A stretch of 64,000 nucleotides of DNA from contig JBMHCD010000010.1 in assembly GCA_049890095.1 (NCBI GenBank), positions 48,881 through 112,880 of the forward strand, given 5' to 3'. The stretch is from Flavobacteriales bacterium. GTDB lineage: Bacteria > Bacteroidota > Bacteroidia > Flavobacteriales > UBA7312. Position numbers and translations under genes: made by a program. The notes below the pieces were generated by a model. It was not told the DNA's origin, made no database searches, and saw only the letters and a list, made by a program, of their open reading frames with translations. Below are positions 30,385 through 41,200 of this stretch, in pieces (position 1 is the first letter of the stretch; every line of letters starts with the position of its first letter).

Positions 30385-31702
30385 TGTAATTGGTACAGGC
30401 TACGTTGGATTAGTTGCTGCAGCATGTTTTTCTGAAATGGGAAACAATGTGATTTGTGTAGATGTAGATGAATTAAAAATTAAGAACTTAAAAAAAGGTA
30501 TTATTCCTATATATGAACCTGGATTGGAACAGTTAGTAAACGAAAATCAGACAAAAGAAACGTTATCGTTTACAACTAACACCAAAAAAGCTCTGGAAAG
30601 TGCACAAATTGTTTTTATAGCAGTTGGCACTCCAATGGGAGTAGATGGTAGTGCTGACTTGGCTTATGTATTGGATGTTGCTAAAACGATTGGTCAATTA
30701 ATGAATCATCATTTAATTGTAGTTGATAAATCGACTGTTCCGGTAGGTACAGCTCAAAAGGTCAGACAGAGTATACAAGAGCAACTAGATCTAAGAAGTT
30801 CAGATTTAACATTTGATGTTGTTAGTAATCCTGAATTTTTAAAAGAAGGTGCTGCAATAAATGATTTTATGCGACCTGACAGAGTAGTAATAGGAGCAGA
30901 TAACGATCGAGTAATGAATATCATGAAAGAGTTGTATAGTCCCTTTACGTTTAACTATGAACGTTTTATAGGAATGGACATACGTTCTGCAGAAATGACA
31001 AAGTATGCAGCAAATGCAATGCTAGCTACAAAAATTAGTTTTATTAACGAGATAGCAAATATTTGCGAGGAATTAGGAGCAGATGTAAATCAAGTTAGAC
31101 TTGGTATAGGTAGTGACAAACGAATAGGTTATCATTTCATATATCCTGGCTGTGGATATGGAGGAAGTTGCTTTCCAAAAGACGTAAGTGCTCTAATTCA
31201 TATGTCTCAACAATCGGGTTATGATCCTAAGTTATTAAATGCTGTTGAGCAAGTAAATCATTTTCAGAAAACAGTTCTAGTTAACAAATTAACAAATAGA
31301 TTTGGTGCAAATTTAAATGGTAAAACGTTTGCTATTTGGGGTTTGGCTTTCAAACCAGGAACAGATGACATGCGACAAGCACCCTCAATAAACGTTATTG
31401 AACATATTTGTAAAAATGGAGGTAAAGTTTTAGCATATGATCCTAAGGCAATAAATGAAGCAAAAATATATTTAAGTGAATACTCTTCTTCAATTACATA
31501 CCTTGAAAATAAGTATGAAGTGTTAAATGATGTGGATGCACTTTTTTTAATTACAGAATGGAAAGAATTTAGAAGTCCAGATTTTAATAAGATGAAAAGT
31601 CTTATGTCTAATCCTCTTATTTTTGATGGAAGAAATCAATATAATTATGAATTGATGAATAAATTTGGTTTCCAATATGAGCAAATAGGAGTTTCAAAAT
31701 AA
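30374..31702 (+). CDS. ugd: UDP-glucose 6-dehydrogenase
   Basis: GTGYVG, KSTVPVGT, SNPEFLKEG, GYGGSCFPKD. Confidence 0.93.
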   Translation: MKISVIGTGYVGLVAAACFSEMGNNVICVDVDELKIKNLKKGIIPIYEPGLEQLVNENQTKETLSFTTNTKKALESAQIVFIAVGTPMGVDGSADLAYVLDVAKTIGQLMNHHLIVVDKSTVPVGTAQKVRQSIQEQLDLRSSDLTFDVVSNPEFLKEGAAINDFMRPDRVVIGADNDRVMNIMKELYSPFTFNYERFIGMDIRSAEMTKYAANAMLATKISFINEIANICEELGADVNQVRLGIGSDKRIGYHFIYPGCGYGGSCFPKDVSALIHMSQQSGYDPKLLNAVEQVNHFQKTVLVNKLTNRFGANLNGKTFAIWGLAFKPGTDDMRQAPSINVIEHICKNGGKVLAYDPKAINEAKIYLSEYSSSITYLENKYEVLNDVDALFLITEWKEFRSPDFNKMKSLMSNPLIFDGRNQYNYELMNKFGFQYEQIGVSK

Positions 31703-31705
31703 CAG

Positions 31706-32923
31706 ATGAAAAATTCTAAAAAAGTTATTTGGATAATAAATCAGTATGCTGGAAGTCCTAAACATGGAATGACTTTTAGGACTTATTATTTTGCAAAAGA
31801 ATTTATTAAATCTCATGAGGTTCAAATTTTTTCGGCTTCTTACACTCACGTGATGTCATGTCCACCAGATATTTCTAAAAGTTCTTCTCAAATTATTGAT
31901 GGAATTTCTTATAATTGGATTAAAGTATTTAAGTATTCTAAATCAAACAGTATTTTTAGAGTTATTAGTATGTTTTTGTTTATGCTTAAAATGTTTTTTG
32001 TCAGCACAAAGAATATGCGTAAACCAGATGTGATTATTGTTTCATCGATTTCTCCACTACCAATATTCAAAGCTTTTTTTTGGGCAAAAAAATTCAATTC
32101 AAAGTTAATTTTTGAAGTAAGAGACATATGGCCACTTAGTTTGATAGAGTTAGGTGGTTTCAAAAAATTCAATCCCTTTGTTATTGTACTTCAACTAACT
32201 GAAAATTTTGCGTACAAGGTATCTGACTATGTAGTTTCATTACTGCCAGATGCCTTTAAACATATGCAAAAGCATGGATTGACTGAAGATAGATTTAAAT
32301 ATATTCCTAATGGTATAGATTTAAATATGAATCAAGCTAATGTTTCAGAAAATATAGCTTCACTAATTCCGAAAGATAAATTTATAGTTGCTTACACCGG
32401 AGCAGTAGGAATCGCTAACTCCTTGATTACCTTTGCTGAGGCAGCCAACAAGATGAAAAAAAATAAAGAAATTTTATTTGTAATAGTTGGAAATGGAAGT
32501 GAGAAAGAAAAAATTGAGGTTTACAAAACTGAAAAATCACTAACAAATTTATTATTGTTGGACCCAATACCTAAAGAATGTATTATACCTTTTCTAAAAA
32601 ACTATGTAGATGTATGCTATATTGGTTTACAAAAACAGTCATTATTTAGGTTTGGTATATCCCCAAATAAGATATTTGATTATTTATTTAGTCAAACACC
32701 AATTATTCAATCTGTTGACGCATCTAATGATATTGTTTCAGAATCTAAATCTGGACTGTCTGTTGAGGCTGAAAACGCTTCGCAGGTTGTTGAAGCAATT
32801 GAAAAATTATTTAATATGACTGAATCTGAAAGAAAGATTATGGGTCAAAATGGATTGGAGTATGTTACTCAAAATCATTCCTATCAAAAATTAGCACATA
32901 ATTATGAGTCCTTATTTGTATAG
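31706..32923 (+). CDS. Glycosyltransferase family 4 (WbuB/WbpJ-like)
   Basis: WIINQYA, FEVRDIWP, YIPNG, SPNKIFDY. Confidence 0.9.
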   Translation: MKNSKKVIWIINQYAGSPKHGMTFRTYYFAKEFIKSHEVQIFSASYTHVMSCPPDISKSSSQIIDGISYNWIKVFKYSKSNSIFRVISMFLFMLKMFFVSTKNMRKPDVIIVSSISPLPIFKAFFWAKKFNSKLIFEVRDIWPLSLIELGGFKKFNPFVIVLQLTENFAYKVSDYVVSLLPDAFKHMQKHGLTEDRFKYIPNGIDLNMNQANVSENIASLIPKDKFIVAYTGAVGIANSLITFAEAANKMKKNKEILFVIVGNGSEKEKIEVYKTEKSLTNLLLLDPIPKECIIPFLKNYVDVCYIGLQKQSLFRFGISPNKIFDYLFSQTPIIQSVDASNDIVSESKSGLSVEAENASQVVEAIEKLFNMTESERKIMGQNGLEYVTQNHSYQKLAHNYESLFV

Positions 32924-33845
32924 TCTTGTATTATTATCATTAGTTTTAATAATGTTAGCATATCTGAAAATAGCTAAGCTTTATAAAATTTTTGATATTC
33001 CAAATAATAGATCTTCTCATGTAAAACCAACGATTAGAGGTGGTGGTATTTTGTTTCCTACAGCTATTTTATTGTACGCTATAGTTTTTAATTCGTGGGA
33101 ACCATTTTTTTACATTTCTTTATTAATGGTTAGTGTGGTTAGTTTTTTAGATGATCTTGTTTCTATTTCTAGCCGATTAAGATTTGTAGTTCAATTTTTA
33201 TCTTCTATTTGTCTAATATATGCAGTTTTTGGCATGTTATCATTTCAAAATATTTTGCTTTTACCTTTTTTGATAGGGGCTATGAATTCATATAATTTTA
33301 TGGATGGAATAAATGGAATTACTGCAGGATATAGTTTAATAACTATTATAAGCTTGTTGGTTGCAAATCATTACATAGGTTTTGTAGATTATAATTTAAT
33401 TTTGATTCTTTTATTGTCAACTATTGTTTTTACTTTTTTTAATTTTAGGAAAAAGGCAATTTGTTTTGCAGGTGATGTAGGTAGTGTTTCAATGGCCGTT
33501 ATTTTATTATATTTAATTTTAAAATTAATAGTTTTTACTTCTAATCCAGTATTTATTTTGTTTTTAGTTATTTATGGCTTAGATACAGGTTTGACACTTT
33601 TTGAACGATATAAAAAGAAAGTAAATATACTAGAACCTCATAGAGAACATTTGTATCAAAAATTGGTTGATAACAAAGGATGGTCACACTTAAAAGTGTC
33701 ATCTCTTGCCATGGTAATTCAGTTGTGCATTAATTTTTTTGTATTGTACTTTATTTCAATTTCAAGCTTTAAATATTCTTTATCATTATCTATTATTTTA
33801 ATTTTAGTTATTTGTTATAAATTTGTAAAAAATAGATTTGTTTAA
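32904..33845 (+). CDS. WecA/WbpL-like undecaprenyl-phosphate HexNAc-1-P transferase
   Basis: NNRSSH..PTIRGGG, FLDD, YNFMDGING, FAGDVGS, PHREHLYQ. Confidence 0.9.
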   Translation: MSPYLYSLVLLSLVLIMLAYLKIAKLYKIFDIPNNRSSHVKPTIRGGGILFPTAILLYAIVFNSWEPFFYISLLMVSVVSFLDDLVSISSRLRFVVQFLSSICLIYAVFGMLSFQNILLLPFLIGAMNSYNFMDGINGITAGYSLITIISLLVANHYIGFVDYNLILILLLSTIVFTFFNFRKKAICFAGDVGSVSMAVILLYLILKLIVFTSNPVFILFLVIYGLDTGLTLFERYKKKVNILEPHREHLYQKLVDNKGWSHLKVSSLAMVIQLCINFFVLYFISISSFKYSLSLSIILILVICYKFVKNRFV

Positions 33846-35694
33846 AAATAAAATAATATCGTTACCCAGAAGGCAAAAGCAATTGATTATGCTATTTGCT
33901 GATTGCCTATTGTTGGTTATTGCAATTTGGTTTTCGTTTGTTTTGAGAGTTGGAAGCTTATGGCCTTCAGAACATATTTTACCAAATTGGTGGATGTTTG
34001 TTCTTATACCAGTTATTTCTATACCTGCATTAATAAAACTAGGTTTGTATCGTTCCGTACTACAACACATGGGAGCAAAGGTTATTTTTACCACTTTTCA
34101 AGCTTTAACAATAACTAGTTTAATTTTAGGTTTTGCAATGATGATTTTCAGAGAGGCTGATACTCCTCGTTCTGTGATAATCATTTTTTGGTTTATTTCA
34201 ACTTCCTTAATAATTGTAAGTCGTTTTATTTTTAAAGGAGTCTTGTATTCGTGGGATAACTTTGTTAATAATAGAATGCCGGTTATTATATATGGTGCTG
34301 GTGTTGCAGGTGCTCAATTAGTCGAAAGTTTACGCAAAAATCGAGACTATGCACCAATTGCATTTATTGATGATGATCCTAGTAAGGAAGGGATGATTTT
34401 AAATTATACTCAAATTTATTCTGTTGAAAAAATTAGAAAAGTAATTTTGACTAGAAAAGCAAGGATTATTTTATTGGCTATTCCATCAATTTCTGACAAA
34501 AGAAAAAGAGAAATATTAAAAAGACTTTCAAAATTTCCTGTTGAGGTAAAAGTTTTACCAAGCGTTACAAAGATTGTTGATGGCAGTATTTCGATTGATA
34601 AAATAAAAGAAGTTCAAGTAGAAGATATTCTTGGGCGTAATCCTGTAAAGCCAAAAGTGTCTCTATTGAAAAAAAATATTTTTAACAAAAATGTTTTAGT
34701 TAGTGGAGCTGGAGGTAGTATCGGTTCTGAGTTGTGTCGTCAAATATATAATTTGAAGCCCAAAAAACTAGTATTAATAGATCATTCTGAGTTTAATTTA
34801 TATGCCATTGATTACACCTTAAGACAATTAAAATATAATTGTGAAATTGTAAGTTGTTTGACTAGTGTAACAAATGAATATTCTCTTGAAAAAATTATTA
34901 AAGAGAATGATATTAATACTATTTATCACGCTGCTGCCTATAAACACGTTCCTTTAGTTGAATGTAATATACTTGAAGGAGTTTTTAATAATGTTGTTGG
35001 GACTTATAACATTGCCCATTTAGCAAGTAAATTTGAAGTTGAAAATTTTGTTTTAATAAGCACAGATAAGGCTGTTCGACCAACGAATGTAATGGGAGCT
35101 TCTAAACGATTTTCTGAGTTAATTCTTCAAGCGTTTGATAAAACTACATCAAATACTTGTTTTAGTATGGTGCGTTTTGGAAATGTATTAGATTCAGCAG
35201 GTTCAGTAGTTCCATTATTTAGAAATCAAATAAAAGAAGGCGGACCGGTTACCGTTACACACGCAGATGTAACAAGATATTTCATGTCCATCCCCGAAGC
35301 TGTTCAGTTAGTATTACAAGCTGGTGCAATGGCAAAAGGAGGAGATGTATTTGTTTTAGATATGGGTGAGCCTGTCAAAATTTTAGACTTGGCCTATAGA
35401 ATGATTAATTTGAGCGGTTTGAGACCTATCGATTTGGGAAATCAAGATGGTGATATTAAGATTGTTTTTACAGGTCTTAGGCCAGGAGAAAAGTTGTACG
35501 AAGAACTAATTATAGGTTCTAACGTTGTGCAGTCAATACATCCAAGGATAATGCAGGCAAATGAAGAAATGTTACCCTTTGAAAAAATAATGGAAGTAGT
35601 TGAAAATATAAAACTAGCTCGAAAGGAGCAAAATGAACAAATAGTAAAAGATTTACTTACAAATTCTATAATAGAATATCAATCAACTAATTAA
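33838..35694 (+). CDS. capD: UDP-GlcNAc 4,6-dehydratase, membrane-bound (WbpM/CapD/PglF)
   Basis: Four N-terminal TM helices, GAGGSIGSELCRQ, HAAAYKHVP, STDKAVRPTNVMGASKR, GLRPGEKLYEEL. Confidence 0.92.
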   Translation: MFKNKIISLPRRQKQLIMLFADCLLLVIAIWFSFVLRVGSLWPSEHILPNWWMFVLIPVISIPALIKLGLYRSVLQHMGAKVIFTTFQALTITSLILGFAMMIFREADTPRSVIIIFWFISTSLIIVSRFIFKGVLYSWDNFVNNRMPVIIYGAGVAGAQLVESLRKNRDYAPIAFIDDDPSKEGMILNYTQIYSVEKIRKVILTRKARIILLAIPSISDKRKREILKRLSKFPVEVKVLPSVTKIVDGSISIDKIKEVQVEDILGRNPVKPKVSLLKKNIFNKNVLVSGAGGSIGSELCRQIYNLKPKKLVLIDHSEFNLYAIDYTLRQLKYNCEIVSCLTSVTNEYSLEKIIKENDINTIYHAAAYKHVPLVECNILEGVFNNVVGTYNIAHLASKFEVENFVLISTDKAVRPTNVMGASKRFSELILQAFDKTTSNTCFSMVRFGNVLDSAGSVVPLFRNQIKEGGPVTVTHADVTRYFMSIPEAVQLVLQAGAMAKGGDVFVLDMGEPVKILDLAYRMINLSGLRPIDLGNQDGDIKIVFTGLRPGEKLYEELIIGSNVVQSIHPRIMQANEEMLPFEKIMEVVENIKLARKEQNEQIVKDLLTNSIIEYQSTN

Positions 35695-35705
35695 GTAGCC
35701 TTTAG

Positions 35706-36785
35706 ATGAAGATCGCTATTTTAGGGACTAGAGGGATACCCAATTATTATGGGGGCTTTGAACAATTTGCTCAATATTTATCAGTAGGATTAGTTGAAAG
35801 TGGTCATGAAGTATTTGTATATAATTCAAGTAATCATCCTTTTCAGTCAAACACTTATAAGGGAGTGAAAATTATTCACTGCTTTGATCCTGAATATAAA
35901 ATTGGTACAATTGGACAATTTGTATATGATTTAAATTGTATTCTAGATTCTAGAAAAAGAAATTATGATGTTGTTTTACAATTGGGTTATACAAGTAGTT
36001 CAATCTTTAATTTTTTGTTCGGTAATGTTAGAATTGTTACCAATATGGATGGTTTAGAATGGAAACGAACAAAGTATTCTAGACCTGTTCAAAGTTTTCT
36101 TAAGTATGCCGAAAAAATTGCTGTAAAGCGTAGCCATTCTTTAATAGCGGATTCAATAGGTATAAAAAGATATTTAGATGAAAAATATAAAGTTGATTCA
36201 GTTTATATCCCATATGGAGCTGATTTAAATCAATTGCCTGAAAAAAAGTTTCTAGATGATTTTAAATTAACTGAATATAAATATGATATGTTAATTGCTA
36301 GAATGGAGCCAGAAAATAGTGTCTCACAAATAGTAAATGGATTTGTTCGTTCTTCAAAAAATAGAAAATTAGTAATTGTGGGTAATACAAATACTAAAAT
36401 GGGCCAAAAATTAAAATTTATAAATGATAAAAGACTCATTTTTTTAGAATATATAAGTGATATAAACTGTTTAAATTCATTACGATTTTATTCAAATATT
36501 TATTTTCATGGCCATACAGTAGGAGGGACCAATCCCTCTTTATTAGAAGCAATGGCTTCTCAAGCTTTGATTTGTGCCCACGACAATATTTTTAATAAAT
36601 CAATTTTACAAAAAGATGGATTGTTTTTTAAGACTGAATTTGATGTTAAGCGAATAGTTGAAACGATTCAGAAAAATGATTATTCTTCATTTATAAACGC
36701 TAATAAACATAAAATAGGTACTACCTTTTCATGGAAGAAAATTATTAAACAGTATGAAATTGAACTAAAGAAAAATTTGATTTAA
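35706..36785 (+). CDS. DUF1972/WchF-like GT4 glycosyltransferase (putative rhamnosyltransferase)
   Basis: ILGTRGIPNYYGGFE, NMDGLEWKR, HGHTVGGTNPSLLEAM. Confidence 0.85.
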   Translation: MKIAILGTRGIPNYYGGFEQFAQYLSVGLVESGHEVFVYNSSNHPFQSNTYKGVKIIHCFDPEYKIGTIGQFVYDLNCILDSRKRNYDVVLQLGYTSSSIFNFLFGNVRIVTNMDGLEWKRTKYSRPVQSFLKYAEKIAVKRSHSLIADSIGIKRYLDEKYKVDSVYIPYGADLNQLPEKKFLDDFKLTEYKYDMLIARMEPENSVSQIVNGFVRSSKNRKLVIVGNTNTKMGQKLKFINDKRLIFLEYISDINCLNSLRFYSNIYFHGHTVGGTNPSLLEAMASQALICAHDNIFNKSILQKDGLFFKTEFDVKRIVETIQKNDYSSFINANKHKIGTTFSWKKIIKQYEIELKKNLI

Positions 36786-36831
36786 ATTCAAATTTTAGTA
36801 TGTTTAATAGATTAACCTTACAAGTGCTTTG

Positions 36832-38211
36832 ATGAATTCATCTAATTACAAAATACGTTTCTTATTAGCTGTTGGTGATTTGTTTCATATCAATTTTGCT
36901 TTTATCATTCCATACATCTTGTTTTTTAAAACGATAAGTTTTCAAAATCACTATATATTTTTGTTATTTATTTTTAATCTTTCCTGGTTGGTAGTTGCAT
37001 ATTTTTTGAATATATACAGTCTTAATAGACTTTTTAAAATGGAAGAGGTTGTTAAAGATTTGATTAAGGCAATTTCTTTTCATTTACTAGTTTTAACCGC
37101 TTTTTTGTTCTTAATTAAAGGTTCTTTATTTTCAAGGCAGCACTTTACGTTTACGTTTATGCTAATTCTTCTCTTATTACCAATATGGAGAGTTTTTGCA
37201 CTTTATTTGATAAAGAAATATAGGGAGTTAGGTTTTAACAATATTAATATTGTTATTGTTGGGGTAAACAAAACAGCTTTTGATCTGCACAACTTTTTTA
37301 TTAATGATTCAGCAAATGGTTATAATTTACTGGCTGTTTTTTCTGATGAAAAACCTAAATATCAATTTGATTGTAATTCTCATCCTATTTCAGAATTAGA
37401 AAATTATTGTTTAGAAAATTCGATTAGTGAGGTGTACTATACCTTGCCATATACGAATAATAATTTGATAGAAAAGTTACTTACCTTTTCTGATAGAAAA
37501 ATGATTCGTTTTAGGATAGTGCCGGATTATAGTACATTTAAATCTAGAAAAATCGGATTTGATTTTTATGGTAACCTTCCTGTTTTAACTCTAAGAGAGG
37601 AGCCTTTACAAAGAAATTTTAATAGAATTGCTAAGCGTTTATTCGATTTGTTCTTTTCTTCACTTGTAATTTTATTTATTTTTTCATGGCTTTATCCTAT
37701 TTTATTTATTTTAATAAAATTAGATTCTAAAGGACCTGTACTTTTCAAACAAATCCGTTCAGGAATTGATAACAAAAATTTTGAGTGTTATAAATTTCGA
37801 TCTATGAAGGTGAATGATAGTAGCGATCTGAAACAAGCTGTTAAAAATGATGACAGAATCACAACTTTAGGAAAGTTTTTACGTAAAACTAGTTTAGACG
37901 AATTTCCTCAATTTTTAAATGTTTTTAAAGGGGAAATGTCGGTGGTTGGACCTAGGCCACATATGATCAAACATACGGATGATTACTCAAAGCTTATAGA
38001 TAATTACATGGTTAGGCAATTGGTTAAACCTGGTATTACTGGGGCTGCCCAAGCAAATGGCTTTAGGGGAGAAATAGTTAAATTTGAGGATATCAAAAAT
38101 AGGGTTGAGTATGATGTTTGGTACATTGAAAATTGGTCAATATTATTAGATGTTAAACTAATTTTTCTAACAATTATAAATTTGATAAAAGGGCAAGAAA
38201 ATGCGAGATAA
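36832..38211 (+). CDS. wcaJ: Undecaprenyl-phosphate glucose phosphotransferase (WcaJ family)
   Basis: KRLFD, YKFRSM, LRKTSLDEFPQF, MSVVGPRPH, KPGITG, DVWYIENWS. Confidence 0.92.
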   Translation: MNSSNYKIRFLLAVGDLFHINFAFIIPYILFFKTISFQNHYIFLLFIFNLSWLVVAYFLNIYSLNRLFKMEEVVKDLIKAISFHLLVLTAFLFLIKGSLFSRQHFTFTFMLILLLLPIWRVFALYLIKKYRELGFNNINIVIVGVNKTAFDLHNFFINDSANGYNLLAVFSDEKPKYQFDCNSHPISELENYCLENSISEVYYTLPYTNNNLIEKLLTFSDRKMIRFRIVPDYSTFKSRKIGFDFYGNLPVLTLREEPLQRNFNRIAKRLFDLFFSSLVILFIFSWLYPILFILIKLDSKGPVLFKQIRSGIDNKNFECYKFRSMKVNDSSDLKQAVKNDDRITTLGKFLRKTSLDEFPQFLNVFKGEMSVVGPRPHMIKHTDDYSKLIDNYMVRQLVKPGITGAAQANGFRGEIVKFEDIKNRVEYDVWYIENWSILLDVKLIFLTIINLIKGQENAR

Positions 38212-38221
38212 AAATATTGCT

Positions 38222-38229
38222 TATATTTG
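38222..38229 (+). promoter_or_regulatory. SigmaA -7 element (TATATTTG) of the giant T9SS cargo gene
   Basis: Exact TAnnTTTG 24 nt before ATG 38253. Confidence 0.65.
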
Positions 38230-38252
38230 CTATTAAACCCTTTTAGTTTATT

Positions 38253-41200
38253 ATGAAAAAAGCATACCTATTTTTTATAATCATTTTGTGTAGTTTTTAT
38301 TCTTTAGCACAATCTTGTGTCACTATACAAATTGATACATTATCTGATCCGTATTGTCCAGCATCTTTTCAAGGTTCTCTTCAGGCTACAGTTTCGGGAG
38401 GTTCTGGTAATTACACTTATTTTTGGTTAGATTCCTTGGGTAATAATCCTAATGGTTTACCTGTTAATTCGCTAACACTTTCAAATTTAAATCTACACAA
38501 ATATTGGTTTTATGTAACCGATAATGTTCAAAATTGTACCGATTCTGCCTTTGCAACATTTTTAGATTATACATGTATAAATGATACGGCTTCTGTAAAT
38601 GTCACAACACCTTTTGATTTTAACCCAGTTAATTATGACCAATTTTCTAGTTGTCAAGTTACGATTACAAACGAAGGTTGTGAAATAGACTTGAAGCCAG
38701 AGTTTACAATTTCACATAACTTACCTATTCAACAAGGTTCAATTTTAATTGAAGCGTTTAATAATGTTAATTCAACATGGGAAAATTTAAGCTATTCTAT
38801 AGTTAATGGGCAAGCTGTTGGTTATTGGGGCGGCTCAGATGGAGAGAGCCTTAACTGCGATCAAATGCAGTCTAAAAATGTAAGAGTAAAATTCAATCAG
38901 TTTGCACCTGTGGCGAACTTGGGAGAATATATTGCAGATTTAAGATTATGGAAGGTAAATAATAATGGAGACTTATTATCGGTAATCTCCGAAGTCGAAA
39001 CCGTATCTATTGTACTACAAGATACAATATGTAATAATTTTATTTTTACTTCTTCAATTACAGATGCTAGTTGTTTTAATCAAGCAGATGGCGAAATAGA
39101 GTTGAATTCTACAGGAGGATTGTTACCAATTGAATATTCGTTAAATGACCCTAATAGTTATTCTTCAAATAGTATCTTTAGTTCGCTTGCACCAGGCCAG
39201 TATATATCCTATATAAAAGATGGAAATGATTGTATTGTTTCGGACACGCTAATGTTAGGGCCACCCGATTTAGAGCCAGACTCTCTGTGGTTTACAAATA
39301 TAAATCCTTCTAGTGCTGAAATTAATTGGAATTATAATAGTTTAGTGGACGGGTATAGGTTCCGATATAGTATAAATAACGCTTCTAATTGGACTGTCGT
39401 AATAAGTCCTGGCGGGTATGATGATGGTCTTTCAAACCCAAATACTTCTAAATTAATTAATGGATTAATTGGCGATACCATTTATGAAGTTCAGATTAAA
39501 ACAAATTCATTGATAGATAATTGTGAACAAGGTTGGTCAACCTCTTTTTATTTTGAGACTCCAGCAGAAACATTTGTTTTTGATGTCGATAGTTCTTGTA
39601 CAGGCGGAGATAATGGATCTATATCGTTAAGTTTGGATGCAGTTAGTTCGGGTTATTTGTTTAACTGGATTGGTCCTAATAATTTTTCTTCCACAGATAC
39701 ATCTATTTTTGATTTAGAGCCAGGGGATTATAATTTGGAAGTTTTAAACTCTCTTTCGGTCATAATTTTAGATACCACGATAAGTATCGGTGAAAGTATG
39801 CCTGAGGTAATTAGTCTGTCCATAAATGACCAGTCTAATCTAGTAGTAAATACCGCAGGACAAAGTTTTGTTAATATCTGTAATTCTAATAGTTACTTAC
39901 ATTCTACAGATAGTAATTTTACCAACTACAGTTGGACTAATGGTTTTATGGGGCAAAATTTACTATTGGATACAATTGCAAATGGTAGTACAGTGCAATT
40001 AACAGCATTAGATACTAATGGTTGTACTGTAATGTCTAATGTTGTAAACTTAACAATAGTTACTGATTTTGTAAATTTTGAAATAGCAAATCAAAACCAA
40101 GAGGTAATTAGTAGTAATTATCTTTTTTGTTCTTCAGATTCCTCACTTGTTTTAGATATTACTGATTATACAACTGGAGAGTTTTTTATACAATGGAATG
40201 AAGTTGTAAATTCTAATTTTAATTTGCTAGGAACAGAAGACACTGTCGAACTTTTTCCACAAGGTAATACAAATTATGTTTTAGAAATTTTTAATTGTTC
40301 ATATGGTTTTTCGATAACATATGAGGAGTCTATTTCATTAGAGACACAAATTTTTGATAATTTATGTTATGGTGATGAACAAGGATCGATAATTGTAGAT
40401 ATTGATTCACCTAGTCCAGAAATTAATGTAGGAACATATAACCAGTCTGATAGTCTTGTCTTTTTTGCCAATTCATTAAACTTTATTGATACAATCGGAT
40501 CTTTGTCTAGTGGAGAGTATACTTTAGTAGTAACTGATACTAATGTGTTATGTTCATATAATCAAGAGTTTTTTATTGACCAACCCGATTCTTTACATAT
40601 TGATTCATTACAATTATCATTGATTAATTGCTCTTCAGATGAATATGCTAGTTTACAATTCAACGTAGTAGGAGGTGTGCCGCCTTATCAGTTTACATTA
40701 AATGGTCAGGCTGTTGATATCCAACAAAATCCTGACAATCTATCTTTTTTATTAGATAGTTTATTACCAATGAGCTATACATTGGGATTGTTGGATTCAA
40801 ATAATTGTATTGCACAAAACTTTAATTTTTCAGTTCCAGCTCTTGATACTCTACAACTGAACATTTCTAATTATTCATATGTAAATTGCTTTGGAGATTC
40901 CGGTTTTGTGGAATTACAAGCTAATGGCGGAACAATGAACTATAATTTTGAGCTTTATAGTCAAGGAAATTTGTTAGCTAGTCAACCACAAACTTTGTTC
41001 GACAGTTTACCAAGTGGTGAATACATGGCTATTGTAACAGATTTTTATAATTGTACTGACACAGTAAATTTTGCAATCGAATCAAATGATGAACTGATAA
41101 TAGAAGAAGATTTTCAAATGCATCAAAATATTAGTTGTTATGGTGCTAATGATGGTTCATTTACCGTAGATGTAACAGGAGGACTTCAGCCCTATAGTGT

